Source of the DNA: Craspedostauros australis
Lineage: Eukaryota
Direction of reading: 5' to 3'
Assembly: GCA_030167865.1 (NCBI GenBank)
Contig: JALAGF010001754.1
Span: 1 to 32,978, forward strand
DNA length: 32,978 bases
The notes beneath the pieces are model-generated. The model did no database searches. It was given only the letters and a program-made list of their open reading frames with translations, and was not told where the DNA came from. Shown here one piece after another: positions 9,390-20,215 of this stretch. The translations under genes were made by a program, and so were the position numbers. Position 1 is the first letter of the stretch. Each line of letters begins with the position of its first letter.

Positions 9390-11753
9390 ATGGTCCGATT
9401 CCAAAGCATCGGCTGCGCCATCGCGCTGGCAGCATCGTCCTCGTTGGTCACCTTCACGGCCGCATTTGTGCCACACGCGCAGCCGTTTGGTTTGCATGCC
9501 TCCACCAACCAAAAGAGATCAATAAGGCTCAACCTCGCCGGACGCCAACCCAAGGAGGACAACAACCTCTCGACGGTCGATTCGTGGGAGCCCACGTCGT
9601 GCGAACCCGATGAAGCACGCCTCATCGTCATCCAGATCACCGATGTCTACACGCTCGAGAACTTTGCGTCGCTCAAGACCATGATCGAAGACATCAAGGC
9701 CAAATCGCAAGGTGCCAAGGTCGTCTCCATGTTGACGGGAGACTTCCTCGCACCGTACCTGCTGTCGTCGGTCGATCGCGGTGCTGGCATGATGAAGGCG
9801 CTGGCATCGACGCCCATCGACTACGTGTGCTGGGGCAACCATGAGGTGAGTCATCGATGCGGTGGTGTTTGTGATAGTTGTGTTGCGTACAACTATGGTT
9901 GCCTGTCCGTTTCAACGGCGTTGCGTCATACCATTCCATTCTTCAACAACCCTGCAATCGCGCGCTTCGCACATATTCACCACCATCACTCATACATCCA
10001 TTCATCCTTCCGTCACTCCATGCACGTCCACTCACGCCCACTCTATCACCTCCGACCATTAACCGTCAATCCCATCCACCATATCCAGGCTGACATCGCT
10101 CACAACATCGTGTGCCGTCACGTGCAGGAATATCCAGGCATCTGGCTCAACTCGAACATGCTCGACCATGACGCCATGGAGCACCAGCAGGAGTTCGACA
10201 TCCTCGACATCGAATCGCCCAACGGATCCAACAAGCGTCAGCTCGGACTCATCTCAGTCCTGTCCGACGATCCAAAGCTGTACCAGCACTTCCCATCGCC
10301 AGGCGCATTCGGTGGTGCCACGATAACTGACCCTTGGGGCGCCCTGCGCAAGTACCAGGCCCTCCTCGAAGGTCCCGAGCACAACGTCGACATGATCCTG
10401 CCGCTGCAGCATCTCTACGTCCCGGATGATCACAAGACATGCCGCGAATTCGACTTCCCCGTCATCCTATCGGGACATGACCACCATCTCGTCGATGAGA
10501 TCGTCGAGGGCACGCGGCTGCTCAAGCCAGGCATGGACGCCATCCACGCCACCGTGCTGGAGATGACGTGGCCCACCGCAGAGACGGACGGCAAGGATCC
10601 CAGCATCCATGCCACCTTCCTCAAAACGGCAGACTACGAACCCTGCGAAACCCTCATCCAAGAAACCGAAGAGGCCTACGACGTGCTGGCGCCGTTGCGC
10701 AACACGCAGCTCGCCGAGGTCCCACCTAACTTTGAACCACTCACATCCACCAACGCCAGAGGCGAAGTCTGCAGCATGGGACAGTACATCTGCACGCTGC
10801 TGCGATCGTCGCTCAATTCGCAGTGCTCGCCCGCCAACGGCAACCAGCACAAGTCCATCGACGCCGTCGTACTCATGGGCGGCAACATCCGCGGTGGAAC
10901 CGATTATCCTGCCGGTTCCTTCTTCTCGCTCGAAGCGCTCGAGGCCGAGGTGAAGCCCGATGAAGTGATTGGAGTTGTGGAGATGCCGGGTTGGGTCCTG
11001 GCCAAGGGCATTGAGGAGACGCACGCTGGCGATCCCATCCCCGGATGGATGCAGTACGATGTCGGCGTCATGGAGGAGCAGATGCAATTCGAAACGCTTT
11101 CGGAAGATGCCTCCAGACTCGTCACGGAAACCAGAAATGTCGTCACGCAGATCCGCGGACTTCCCGTCGATGCCAACCGCAAATACCGCGTCGCCACCAA
11201 GATCGGCGATCTGACCAACGGACAATCGCCGACGTGGACCGAATACTTCCGCTCCAATCCGCAGGAGCTGCCACCCAAGGGTTCCTACATCAACATCCAC
11301 GCTCAGCTCATGCAGTACTTTGCCCGCATCCTGTGGCGCGGGCTGTGGGAAGGCGTCTCGCGCGAACTCGAAAAGGTCTGCGCGGAAGATGAGGACTACG
11401 ATGAGGACGAGGATGCTTGCGAGATCGTCTACGATCCCCGCGCTCGTTTGGACCTGCTCGACGACGACAACGACGGCGTGATTTCCGTCAGCGATATACA
11501 GAAAGCTTTGGAGAGTGTGCTGGGATTGTCGGTGCACGACTCCGAGCGCATGCTGGCGCGCTTCGTCCATTCCTACGCCGACACCAACGGAGATGGTAAG
11601 GTGACCATCTACGATCTGCGCATCTTTGCCGAAGAAATGGGGGAGGTCTACGAGAATGATGACACGTGGCGACAGGAGCTGCCGCAGCGGGAGATTCCGA
11701 CCGAACCAACATCCGTCGGCAGCGACGAGCTGGAGGCAACGTTGATGATATAG
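9390..11753 (+). CDS. 5'-nucleotidase-family calcineurin-like metallophosphoesterase with C-terminal EF-hand pair; likely plastid-targeted (~706 aa)
   Basis: Exons 9390-9845 and 10089-11753; removing the GT-AG intron 9846-10088 restores GNHEAD. Motifs TDVY, GDFL, GNHE, GHDH, GGNIRG and YRVAT. EF-hands DDDNDGVISVSD and DTNGDGKVTIYD. Signal peptide followed by TAAF-VP. Confidence 0.88.
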   Translation: MVRFQSIGCAIALAASSSLVTFTAAFVPHAQPFGLHASTNQKRSIRLNLAGRQPKEDNNLSTVDSWEPTSCEPDEARLIVIQITDVYTLENFASLKTMIEDIKAKSQGAKVVSMLTGDFLAPYLLSSVDRGAGMMKALASTPIDYVCWGNHEVSHRCGGVCDSCVAYNYGCLSVSTALRHTIPFFNNPAIARFAHIHHHHSYIHSSFRHSMHVHSRPLYHLRPLTVNPIHHIQADIAHNIVCRHVQEYPGIWLNSNMLDHDAMEHQQEFDILDIESPNGSNKRQLGLISVLSDDPKLYQHFPSPGAFGGATITDPWGALRKYQALLEGPEHNVDMILPLQHLYVPDDHKTCREFDFPVILSGHDHHLVDEIVEGTRLLKPGMDAIHATVLEMTWPTAETDGKDPSIHATFLKTADYEPCETLIQETEEAYDVLAPLRNTQLAEVPPNFEPLTSTNARGEVCSMGQYICTLLRSSLNSQCSPANGNQHKSIDAVVLMGGNIRGGTDYPAGSFFSLEALEAEVKPDEVIGVVEMPGWVLAKGIEETHAGDPIPGWMQYDVGVMEEQMQFETLSEDASRLVTETRNVVTQIRGLPVDANRKYRVATKIGDLTNGQSPTWTEYFRSNPQELPPKGSYINIHAQLMQYFARILWRGLWEGVSRELEKVCAEDEDYDEDEDACEIVYDPRARLDLLDDDNDGVISVSDIQKALESVLGLSVHDSERMLARFVHSYADTNGDGKVTIYDLRIFAEEMGEVYENDDTWRQELPQREIPTEPTSVGSDELEATLMI

Positions 11754-11886
11754 TCATGGCGCACACAGCCAACAGGGCTATTTTGAGTAATAACAATACT
11801 GTAGGACTTTGTAGACATAGACTCAGGATTGATACACTAGTGTGGCAGAGTATATAGTACATGTGTATGTGAAGCTAACGCCGCCG

Positions 11887-14049
11887 CTAACGACGCCCGC
11901 TGCACATGGCCGTGCCTCCGAAGGAATCGGACTGTTCATCGTAAATACTGCATGGGATCTTGCGTTGACGTATGGTGGACTTGATCGTGTTGCACAACAC
12001 GGCAGGACCGCAGAAGTAGGCGCCAGGAGACTGCGCATCTGCAAGGCACTGCAAAACGTCATCGATCGGCGGCCGGCCGTTGCGTAACTGCACAATCTGC
12101 GGAACTTGGTCGATCTGCGGCACGTTGCCCACGCATTCAAACGGATGCTCTCGCTTCGCCGCCACCAGCATGCCCGCCATGGGCAATGCCACGAGCAACA
12201 GAAGCATGCCGACAATGTAGGTGCGGGCCAAGACGACCTCATGGTTGTCGGCAATGAAAGCGCGATAGATCCACCAGTGCAATCCAAACGCAGCGATGGC
12301 GATGGCGGCGTAGATGAAGGCATTGCGGGTGCTGCCGATCTTCAACAGCGGTTGCTTCCAACCATGGCCAGACTCTTCGAAGGTGCGCGTGATGTTGTCG
12401 TTTGGGGGTGCGGCCCAGCTGTTGTGCTCATGCGGTCGGCGCGATGTGATGTGAGCGATGATCTCGAACTTGGATTCGCACGTGAACCAACCCAGGTACT
12501 CTTGACAGACGTACCGAACCAAGTCTTCCTCGCGACAGTACCAATGCAACGTGACTTGCTTGTTGGCAGTGTCGTCGTTGGATGTGGTGAGCTCGTCATG
12601 CAGCGATCGCAGGAAGTCCAAGAATGGGACGATCCCAACACCACCGGCGATCAACAGGATGGAATCATGATGATGCAACGCGGTGGAATGCCATCGATAC
12701 TCGGCAGGATAGATGCCATCGACCAGCACGACAGGCGCCGCGCTCGTTGTCGTTGCCTCTTCATCTTGAAAGTCCTCCTCATCCTGCGGCGACGCCAAAA
12801 GCCGATCGCGCAGTGCCGTCGTGAACTGGCCTGTCGCACGGATCAGCAGAACGATTTCATCGTTGGCATCGTGCAGGATGGAGAAGGGATGCCATATCGT
12901 GGATATATGCGGCACGCGCAGTTTGCAAACGCCACCGTAGCGCATCGCAGCACGTGACGACGATGATCGCCGCAACCGCAGTGCGTAACATCCGCTGTGC
13001 CCAATCGATGTGATGGCGACAATGTTACCGCCATGCAGGCATTGTTGCGTCCACACGGGCACGGCGCTGATCAAGTAACAGGCAATGCCGGGCAACAGGT
13101 ACAGCACAATGAAGCTGTAGTGCGCAATGCCGAACAAGAGCATGATCCATGCCATGGGGATGTGCACGACGTAGAAGAGGCGGTACATGCGGTTGCGCAC
13201 GAAGGGGATGCTCGTGATGGCCAGGATGATGAAGGCCACGCCCGAGATGAGGCCTGTGAAGTTCCTCCAATAACGGTGGCAGTCGATGTAGTGGTCGACA
13301 TCGTCGTGCAAACCTTCATACCCCAGCACGCCAACCGTCCAGCACGATGATGGGGGAATCATGAGTTCCCAAAAGTCATCCCAGAGACCAGCATATTCCC
13401 CGCGGCCCACCGCCCCGAAATCGACCGAGGACAGCACGCCGTGGATCATCGTGAAGACAAACGACATCCACCCGGCCACACGATGCATCGCCAACGCCTG
13501 CGAGAAGGAGATGTGCGCAAAGTGCAGCACGGGCGAATGTTTCGTGACAGGAATGAGGAAGAAGGCCAGGGTGATGCAGGCCCCGGCTCCAGCTTGCGTG
13601 CCCAGGTACTCCAATCGCAGTTCCCACATCGGCAAACCCGGATTCAGTTGTGCCAACGGCAAGGCCTGTGGCAGGACGGTGGCCAGCAGCGCCGGAATGC
13701 CGACGACACCCAACGTCCATGCGGTGACGTTGGGATCGCCGGTGCGCGTGGTGTGGGTTGGGTGCGTGAAGTACGCGAGGACAGAGATAAGACACAGTGG
13801 CAGGGCGAATCCCATCAGCAGGAGATTGTCGTGGCTGCCCAGCAGATCTTGCACGATGTCGCACGTATCATTGCAGCCCGTGATGAAGAACGGCACCTCC
13901 AGCTGTGTATGATCGTCATCACGACGACGTCCCGTGCCGAATCGCAAATGCGAAAAGCAGAAGAGATTGAGGGACATGAAGAGGATGGTGCTGACGAACA
14001 AGACAGTGGACCACATCCTCGTGATTCGTTGGATGCCTGAGGAAGTCAT
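11887..14049 (-). CDS. FRE: Ferric reductase (FRE/FRO-type flavocytochrome b, 720 aa)
   Basis: TM helices with paired heme His (MHRVAG...MIHG; VVHIP...IAHY), FAD motif WHPFS, and NADPH motifs DGIY, IAGGVGIVPF, LHWYCR and FCGP. Confidence 0.9.
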   Translation of the reverse strand: MTSSGIQRITRMWSTVLFVSTILFMSLNLFCFSHLRFGTGRRRDDDHTQLEVPFFITGCNDTCDIVQDLLGSHDNLLLMGFALPLCLISVLAYFTHPTHTTRTGDPNVTAWTLGVVGIPALLATVLPQALPLAQLNPGLPMWELRLEYLGTQAGAGACITLAFFLIPVTKHSPVLHFAHISFSQALAMHRVAGWMSFVFTMIHGVLSSVDFGAVGRGEYAGLWDDFWELMIPPSSCWTVGVLGYEGLHDDVDHYIDCHRYWRNFTGLISGVAFIILAITSIPFVRNRMYRLFYVVHIPMAWIMLLFGIAHYSFIVLYLLPGIACYLISAVPVWTQQCLHGGNIVAITSIGHSGCYALRLRRSSSSRAAMRYGGVCKLRVPHISTIWHPFSILHDANDEIVLLIRATGQFTTALRDRLLASPQDEEDFQDEEATTTSAAPVVLVDGIYPAEYRWHSTALHHHDSILLIAGGVGIVPFLDFLRSLHDELTTSNDDTANKQVTLHWYCREEDLVRYVCQEYLGWFTCESKFEIIAHITSRRPHEHNSWAAPPNDNITRTFEESGHGWKQPLLKIGSTRNAFIYAAIAIAAFGLHWWIYRAFIADNHEVVLARTYIVGMLLLLVALPMAGMLVAAKREHPFECVGNVPQIDQVPQIVQLRNGRPPIDDVLQCLADAQSPGAYFCGPAVLCNTIKSTIRQRKIPCSIYDEQSDSFGGTAMCSGRR

Positions 14050-14622
14050 GATGTCTGTGATGGTAGAGCGGAGTCGTTTGTGGATCAGCTGTGCTTGGTG
14101 ATTCCAAGGTGATCATTCCCTTGTGTCCAGAGAGTCTATAGTGGACAGATGCAGACTTCCGTTGATGGCGATGACGTTATGGGACGAGGTTTGGAAGGAA
14201 GTGGACAGGTGTGTAGGCCAAAGATGCTGAGCGAATTGTGTGGCACGAACACACACTTCCATTCGATCCAGCAAACGCTCTGAAAGCGTGGATACAGTGC
14301 CTATGAGTCAACGCAAAGATCCAACGATGCATCCATCTCGTTGGTGTTGCCGTTGCATGAACGGCCGAAGCGTGCGAGTGTGATTTGGTGGAGGCTCTTC
14401 TCCCATGAACTGTTCTCCGTAGGCTGATGTGCACGACATCGCAACAAAACATGAAAACGCATCTCTCACAACATTTTGTGAAGGGCTCTGCTCAGTGACA
14501 CAAAAAGAAGTGGGCGAAGCACGTGATTGGCGTGTGTTGGCACGCGAATGACAAGGCGCATCATCCATTCGTGGACTGTTCGTGACTAACTTCGAAGTTC
14601 GACCAGAATGACTAAACTCAAC

Positions 14623-14634
14623 TTCGCGCCAAAA
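14623..14634. promoter_or_regulatory. E2F-like site TTCGCGCCAAAA upstream of RPA3
   Basis: Minus strand reads TTTTGGCGCG, which fits the TTTSSCGC consensus, ~220 bp upstream of a DNA-replication gene. Confidence 0.5.
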
Positions 14635-14852
14635 CGACAGCATCGCCAAACTTGACACCACAACCGAAACAACGAAAACAACACAGCACAAGAAGCAACA
14701 ACAACAAAGACCATAAATCGCAATCCAAACCCAAACCATTCTTCATTGCGCTTCCATTTCACAAACAGCAACGTTGATCAACCAAGCAGACAACCAGCAA
14801 CTGTCCACCCATCAAATCAAATCAAACCAAATCAATTCAAAGAACGACGACA

Positions 14853-15370
14853 ATGGCTGACGGAGTATACCCGCGCGTCGACAAGGCAATGCTGGAAACG
14901 GGACAGTACACCGAGAGTCTGGTGTCGCTCGTGGGCACCGTCGCTGCAGGCGGCACCAAGGAGCAGGTTCAGCTCAACGCGTCGGATGGTGCAGCAGTCT
15001 TTCTCGATACCACGCAGGTGGAGACGCCGTTGTGCGAAGTCGCACCAGAGATGGTGCTCGAGATCATTGGGCACGTGCAGGCAGATGGTTCCGTTATGGT
15101 GAGTGCGCTTGTTCGTTGCCTGACCAGTGCGTTGTGTTGTGTTGTGTTGTGTTGTGTTCACACATATCCTCCTCCACTCACACGCTAATGCAATATTCTA
15201 TTATGCACAATATCGTCCGCTTTCTCCAAAACTATAACATTTCCTTCCGCTCAATTCAGGCTTTCGTCTCGCGGGAACTCGGCACGGACATGGATCTCGT
15301 GGTGTACAACAAGATGATCAAGTTGCAGATGGATCCTGCCTATGCCGCATGCTTTGTCGCCTCCACGTGA
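14853..15370 (+). CDS. RPA3: Replication protein A 14-kDa subunit (118 aa)
   Basis: Exons 14853-15098 and 15260-15370 (GTGAGT...CAG intron, phase 0). Small OB-fold pattern PRVD...VSLVG...ASDG...VLEIIGHV...DMDLVVYNKMIKL. Confidence 0.85.
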
Positions 15371-15549
15371 GGCAATTCAGTGAATCGAATCAAACGGAAT
15401 GGAACGGAATCAAGCGACATCCAGGGAAGAACGAAGACTGCTTGTAACACTACTTTAGACACACAAAGACACTGAAATGAATACATCAACGACTCTATCG
15501 TGTATGATTATAAAAGGATGATTGCGCTCGAAGACAGTTGGTCGTTACA

Positions 15550-16718
15550 TTACATGTCGTCGCGATCATGCTCCATCTCCAGCAACTCCAGAAAGTCCGC
15601 ACCTCTTGGAATGATGGCATAATGATTCAACAATGGATGCGAGGTGTAGTAATGCGTCTTGATGTGGTCCATTTTCACCGTCTCCTTCACACCCGGCATC
15701 TGGTAAATCTCGCGACAGTAGTTCAGCATGGACGGCGTCTGCGCCACGCTGCGCGTGTTCGTCTTGAAGTACACGGCGTACACTTCATCGAACCGCACCA
15801 ACGTCGTGAACAACCGGATGTCCGCCTCCGTGAAGACGTCGCCCGCGATGTAGCGCTGCTTTTGCAGGATACCATCGACACGATCGAACGCCTGCGTCAG
15901 TTCTTCAATGGCCGTGTCGTACGCTTCCTGCGACTTGGCGAATCCGCAACGGTAAACGCCGTTGTTGAGACTTGGATAGATCCACGCGTTGACGGCATCG
16001 ATCGCGTCCTGCAGATGCGGCGGATAGAGGTCGGGGCAATCAGTCTTGGCGTCGAATTCCGAATTCAGCATGCGCACGATATCGGCCGACTCGTTGCTGA
16101 CGATGGTCTCGCGGTGCGTGTCCCACAAGATGGGGACCGTGTACTTGCCTTCCGTGTCGCCGGCGCGTTCGTAGATCTCGCGCACCGATTTGGCGTCAGC
16201 GGAATCATCGAACATCCAGCCGCGATGGTCATCGGATCCAGTCTGTTGCCAGGTGGGGAGCACGGCCGTGACGCTGATGTCGTCTTGCAATCCCTTCAGA
16301 GCGCGCACGATCATCGTGCGATGCGCCCAAGGGCAGGCGTGCGAGATGTACAAGTGGTATCGTCCCGATTCGGGTGGCAAATCGGAGTCTGCGGCGGCGG
16401 TGTGAGAGAGACGTTGCACAAAGCAGTACTTGCAAACATATGAATGTCAAACACATTGCAATAGGCAGCAACCATGTATTGCATGCATTCTCTGCACGTA
16501 CCTTTGCGGATCCAGTTGCGCCACACCGCATCACGACGTTGGAATTCACCCTTTTCGCCCGACTCGTCCAACGCGGTGCGTGCCATGCCGGTCGAAAGCA
16601 GCTGCTTGGCATCACGCACCGATGCCAGCGGTTGCACAGAGGCGGCGACTCGCGTCCATGAAGACGCCACGCGCATCGTGGAGACGGAGACGAACAGTCG
16701 AAGGGCTGTAGTGATCAT
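15550..16718 (-). CDS. Glutathionyl-hydroquinone reductase (Xi/omega-like GST, YqjG/ECM4 family; ~351 aa)
   Basis: Exons 16718-16502 and 16388-15550 (intron 16501-16389). Motifs GEFQR, GRYHLYIS-ACPWAHR, YTVPILWD, NESADI, NNGVYRCGFA, ADIRLF, RFDEVY and HIKTHYY. The N-terminal extension resembles an organellar targeting peptide. Confidence 0.93.
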
Positions 16719-17119
16719 GGTCAATGAATTAGTTGGTTACTTGGTTGGTTTGTGATTGCTATTGTTATTGTGGTGATTGCGGATTGTGAGATCTTTGAGT
16801 CGACACTTTTTCGATCGCAGACGAGAAGCGACATGAGGACGCCGCGAACTTCGCCGACCTCTAGGAACGCCGAAGAAACTTCCGCGCGAAGTTCGCCGAA
16901 CCAAGGACAAAGGAACAACACAGATGCGACGACTCGTCAAAGTGACACCAACCACAACATCTCCGCTCGTAGTCGTACTCACATCAATAGTGAGGGGTAG
17001 TACGTAACTGTGATCGAATCTCACATTGGAGGCCTGAATCTATTTGTTCGGGATTCAACAAGCTATTCTGGAGAGACCAGACTGGTGTATTAGTTCTGTG
17101 AAAGTGACTTTGGTGCCGA

Positions 17120-18196
17120 TTACCGATACTGCGCTCCATCCTCTCCCGACATGATCACCGTCCCTGACTTCAGCCGCTTGCCTGCCTCCACAATCCCAAC
17201 TTCCAACTGCTGCGCATAGTACACCACGGGCCAATCATGACCAAAGATCTCCGGCGGCCGCAATCCCGTGATATCGTAACACACCGCATTGGCAACGGGA
17301 TCATTCGTCGACGGCACGGGATCGTCCGTGTTCAAGAACTGCTGCGTGTAATCGGCGGCCGCACCAAATGCGCGCTTGCCGTATTCCAGATCCAGGATGC
17401 CCTTCTGCTGAAACGGATCCAGCAACGTGAGCTGCACAAAGGCCGATCCTTGCAGCTGCCGCGTCATGGCATCGGCCGCGAAGGCTCCGACCGAAATGCC
17501 GATGATGTGAATCGATTTCAAGTTCGCGTCGCGCAGTTTGTCGGCCGTCTCACGTCCCAGTCGATCGCCGTTGAAGCTGGCCTGCAGGATGTTGGAGGAC
17601 AGATTCTCCCATTCCATCATGACGGCGATCGAATTGAGGTCCTTCGTTTGCAGCTTTTGCAGGAGTTGATCCGTGTAGGCATCCTGTCCGCCGGCGCCGT
17701 GGAAGACGAAGGTGGCATGCTCGATGGTGCTCCAATCGGTGGTGTTGCTGTTCGGCAATGGTTGATCGGTGCCGAAATCTTCAAGCAGCAGACCGATTCG
17801 CGAGTAGGCCTCGAGCAGAATCGGGATGCCCAGCACCGTGCCCAGAAGGTATCTGAGGAAGGTGCCACGGCTGAGATTGAATTTGGGATTGCTGGGAGGC
17901 CTGCCATCCGACGATGCTCGCAATAATGAATGCCGTTGCAGTGAATGATGGCCGCCTCTTCCTTGCAAGAATGGATTGCGGCGCCTGACATCAAAACCAA
18001 CTTTGGTTGCTATCCGAAATGCTCGCGAGTTCTGATATCGGTTCGGTACGGGCAACGCCGAAACCAACGGTAGGAGTGATCGTCGTGGGCTCTCACTGGA
18101 CCAACTGGATGGATTGGTGACAACAGCAGCGATCCAAAGAGCTGCAATGCTGGCCAACCTGCATCGTTGCAATCGCGCCTGCGAGAGTGTCATCAT
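17120..18196 (-). CDS. Lipase-like alpha/beta hydrolase with N-terminal targeting region and TM segment (358 aa)
   Basis: Oxyanion motif FVFHG, nucleophile elbow IHIIGISVGA, LTLLDP, and a candidate catalytic His in GHDWPVVYY. Confidence 0.8.
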   Translation of the reverse strand: MMTLSQARLQRCRLASIAALWIAAVVTNPSSWSSESPRRSLLPLVSALPVPNRYQNSRAFRIATKVGFDVRRRNPFLQGRGGHHSLQRHSLLRASSDGRPPSNPKFNLSRGTFLRYLLGTVLGIPILLEAYSRIGLLLEDFGTDQPLPNSNTTDWSTIEHATFVFHGAGGQDAYTDQLLQKLQTKDLNSIAVMMEWENLSSNILQASFNGDRLGRETADKLRDANLKSIHIIGISVGAFAADAMTRQLQGSAFVQLTLLDPFQQKGILDLEYGKRAFGAAADYTQQFLNTDDPVPSTNDPVANAVCYDITGLRPPEIFGHDWPVVYYAQQLEVGIVEAGKRLKSGTVIMSGEDGAQYR

Positions 18197-18966
18197 CGTC
18201 GTTCCTCCTGTTGAAGTGTGCGAGTACTTGTGCTGTAATTGTGCTGTGCTTGTGATCGTATTATATGTCGTATGCTGCAGTTTCCGTTGCGGTTGCTATT
18301 ATTCTCTTGAAGAGATGCATTTTGTGTTGTTGGGAGGATTGCGCAGATTGACTTTCATGGGCTTGTTGCGTCATCTTTTTGTTGATCGGTGAGTTTCATT
18401 TGGTGAGGTGTTTTGTGATGCGTGTTGGTTGGTGTTTGTTCGTTCGTCATCAATTGTTCTGGTTCGGAGTTTCTATTAGCTCTTTGTAAAACTAGGTTTT
18501 CCGAAATGAGTGGTACATGAGAACTCGCTGGTGAAAAATAAGGCTCCTGTTCGAAATGGTGATGTTACCGAGAACGGTTCCGATACCGATGCCCATTCAA
18601 CCACGCACACGAGAAGATGACAGAAAGCCGACGAGCAACCATCCGCAGACGAGCTACTCACAATGGACGATCAGAGATGCAACAGAGAGACAGAATCGCA
18701 ATCCTCGATGTCTCCTCTCCATGCATGACAAGCCTGCAACCCGTACGAGTACAACGCAAGGCGTCTCTTGAGAGCCAATTGGTGATTGAATCCAACAGGT
18801 TCATCCACGTTTGAGCACCTTCCGTTCCACTCGTACTTGTGCCGGTTCACCCTTCCAGTTCCTGCTCATCCACATTCACAACGTTCACAACATTCACAAC
18901 ACTCGCAGACAAAAGACAAGCGCGATTTACCACCACCACCGCCAACGCTGAAAGCAAAACGGCGCC

Positions 18967-19764
18967 ATGCAATTCGCGCAAGCCTTGGGATACCTGATCG
19001 GGATGGGATCCTTCCTGCTGTACACTCCCATCGCCATACGGTTGCTGAAACAAGGCTCGGCAGATGGTCTGACGTTATCCACGTGGTGGCTCAAGCTCGC
19101 CAGCTACGTCTGCCAGGACATCTACTTCCTCACGCACGCCTACGACATCTCAACGTACGTCGAGACCATCGTGATTACGGTACAAGCCGCCGTAATCCTG
19201 CTGCTGGCGGCCTATTACCAAGGCGACATGCGCACTGCCACATTCTGGATGGCCTGCGCATGCTTCGTCCTCACCAGCTACTGGATGCTGGCATTGGCAC
19301 CTGCCGATGTCGTCGCCGTCGCGCAGCTGCTGTCGACAGGCCTCAATACGGGCGCGTTGCTGCCACAGTGCGCCTTGAATCATCGCTTGCAGTCGTCCGG
19401 CGATTACTCGCCCGTTACGGCCACGTTGGCGACGGTGGGAAGCGCCATCCGCGCCTACACCATCATCGTACTGGCCGACGCCGACGTGCTGCTCGTCTTT
19501 TCCAACAGCTTGGCCTGCATCTTCAATGCATGTCTGTTGGCGCAGATCGTGTACATGGGCACGCGCGTCGAAGGCAAATCGTTGCTGCAAGTCTTCACGG
19601 CCGATGTCGTGCCCACTACGCAGGTCATCGAAATGCCGACGCTGGAAGTTTTGGAACCAATTGCGGATGCTGCAGAAGGTGGCACGATGGCGTGGCGCAA
19701 GTCGCATGCCCAAACGCAGGGGGATTCGTCGGATCAAGCATCGTCGATTCCGATCTTGGCATGA
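18967..19764 (+). CDS. PQ-loop membrane protein, MPDU1/Lec35-like (265 aa)
   Basis: Multiple TM helices. Repeat 1 LGY...LYTPIAIRLLKQGSADGLT; repeat 2 LLPQCALNHRLQSSGDYS...GSAIRAYT. Confidence 0.8.
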   Translation: MQFAQALGYLIGMGSFLLYTPIAIRLLKQGSADGLTLSTWWLKLASYVCQDIYFLTHAYDISTYVETIVITVQAAVILLLAAYYQGDMRTATFWMACACFVLTSYWMLALAPADVVAVAQLLSTGLNTGALLPQCALNHRLQSSGDYSPVTATLATVGSAIRAYTIIVLADADVLLVFSNSLACIFNACLLAQIVYMGTRVEGKSLLQVFTADVVPTTQVIEMPTLEVLEPIADAAEGGTMAWRKSHAQTQGDSSDQASSIPILA

Positions 19765-20215
19765 TGAGCTTGTGGAATCGCGTGCGTGTGTGCATATGTG
19801 GCGATGACAGGGTTGAATAACAACACGCAACGATATGCAACGACATGCAAGTGTTGAGGCATTGCAGAGCATCATCTGCATGATGTGCATACTACGCTGC
19901 AGCACCATGGCAACCATCGCCGGTTGTCGCCATTTGATTGGTCGAAATAGAGAGTCTATACACACGGCGTAGACTGAAGATTCGCCACAACACGACACAC
20001 CACACAATCCAACCAACATCAACAACAACGTCATTCGCCAACACAGACAAGAAACAATCATCCATGAACGCCACACAACAACACCCAACAACGCTATTGC
20101 TGTGCCACTTCGGGCATTCACCAAAGATCGTATTCTACAACACAATACTTACTCCACCACACAGATACGAACCTTCTCCCTGGTCATCGTACGACTAGGA
20201 ATACGAGGAATCACG

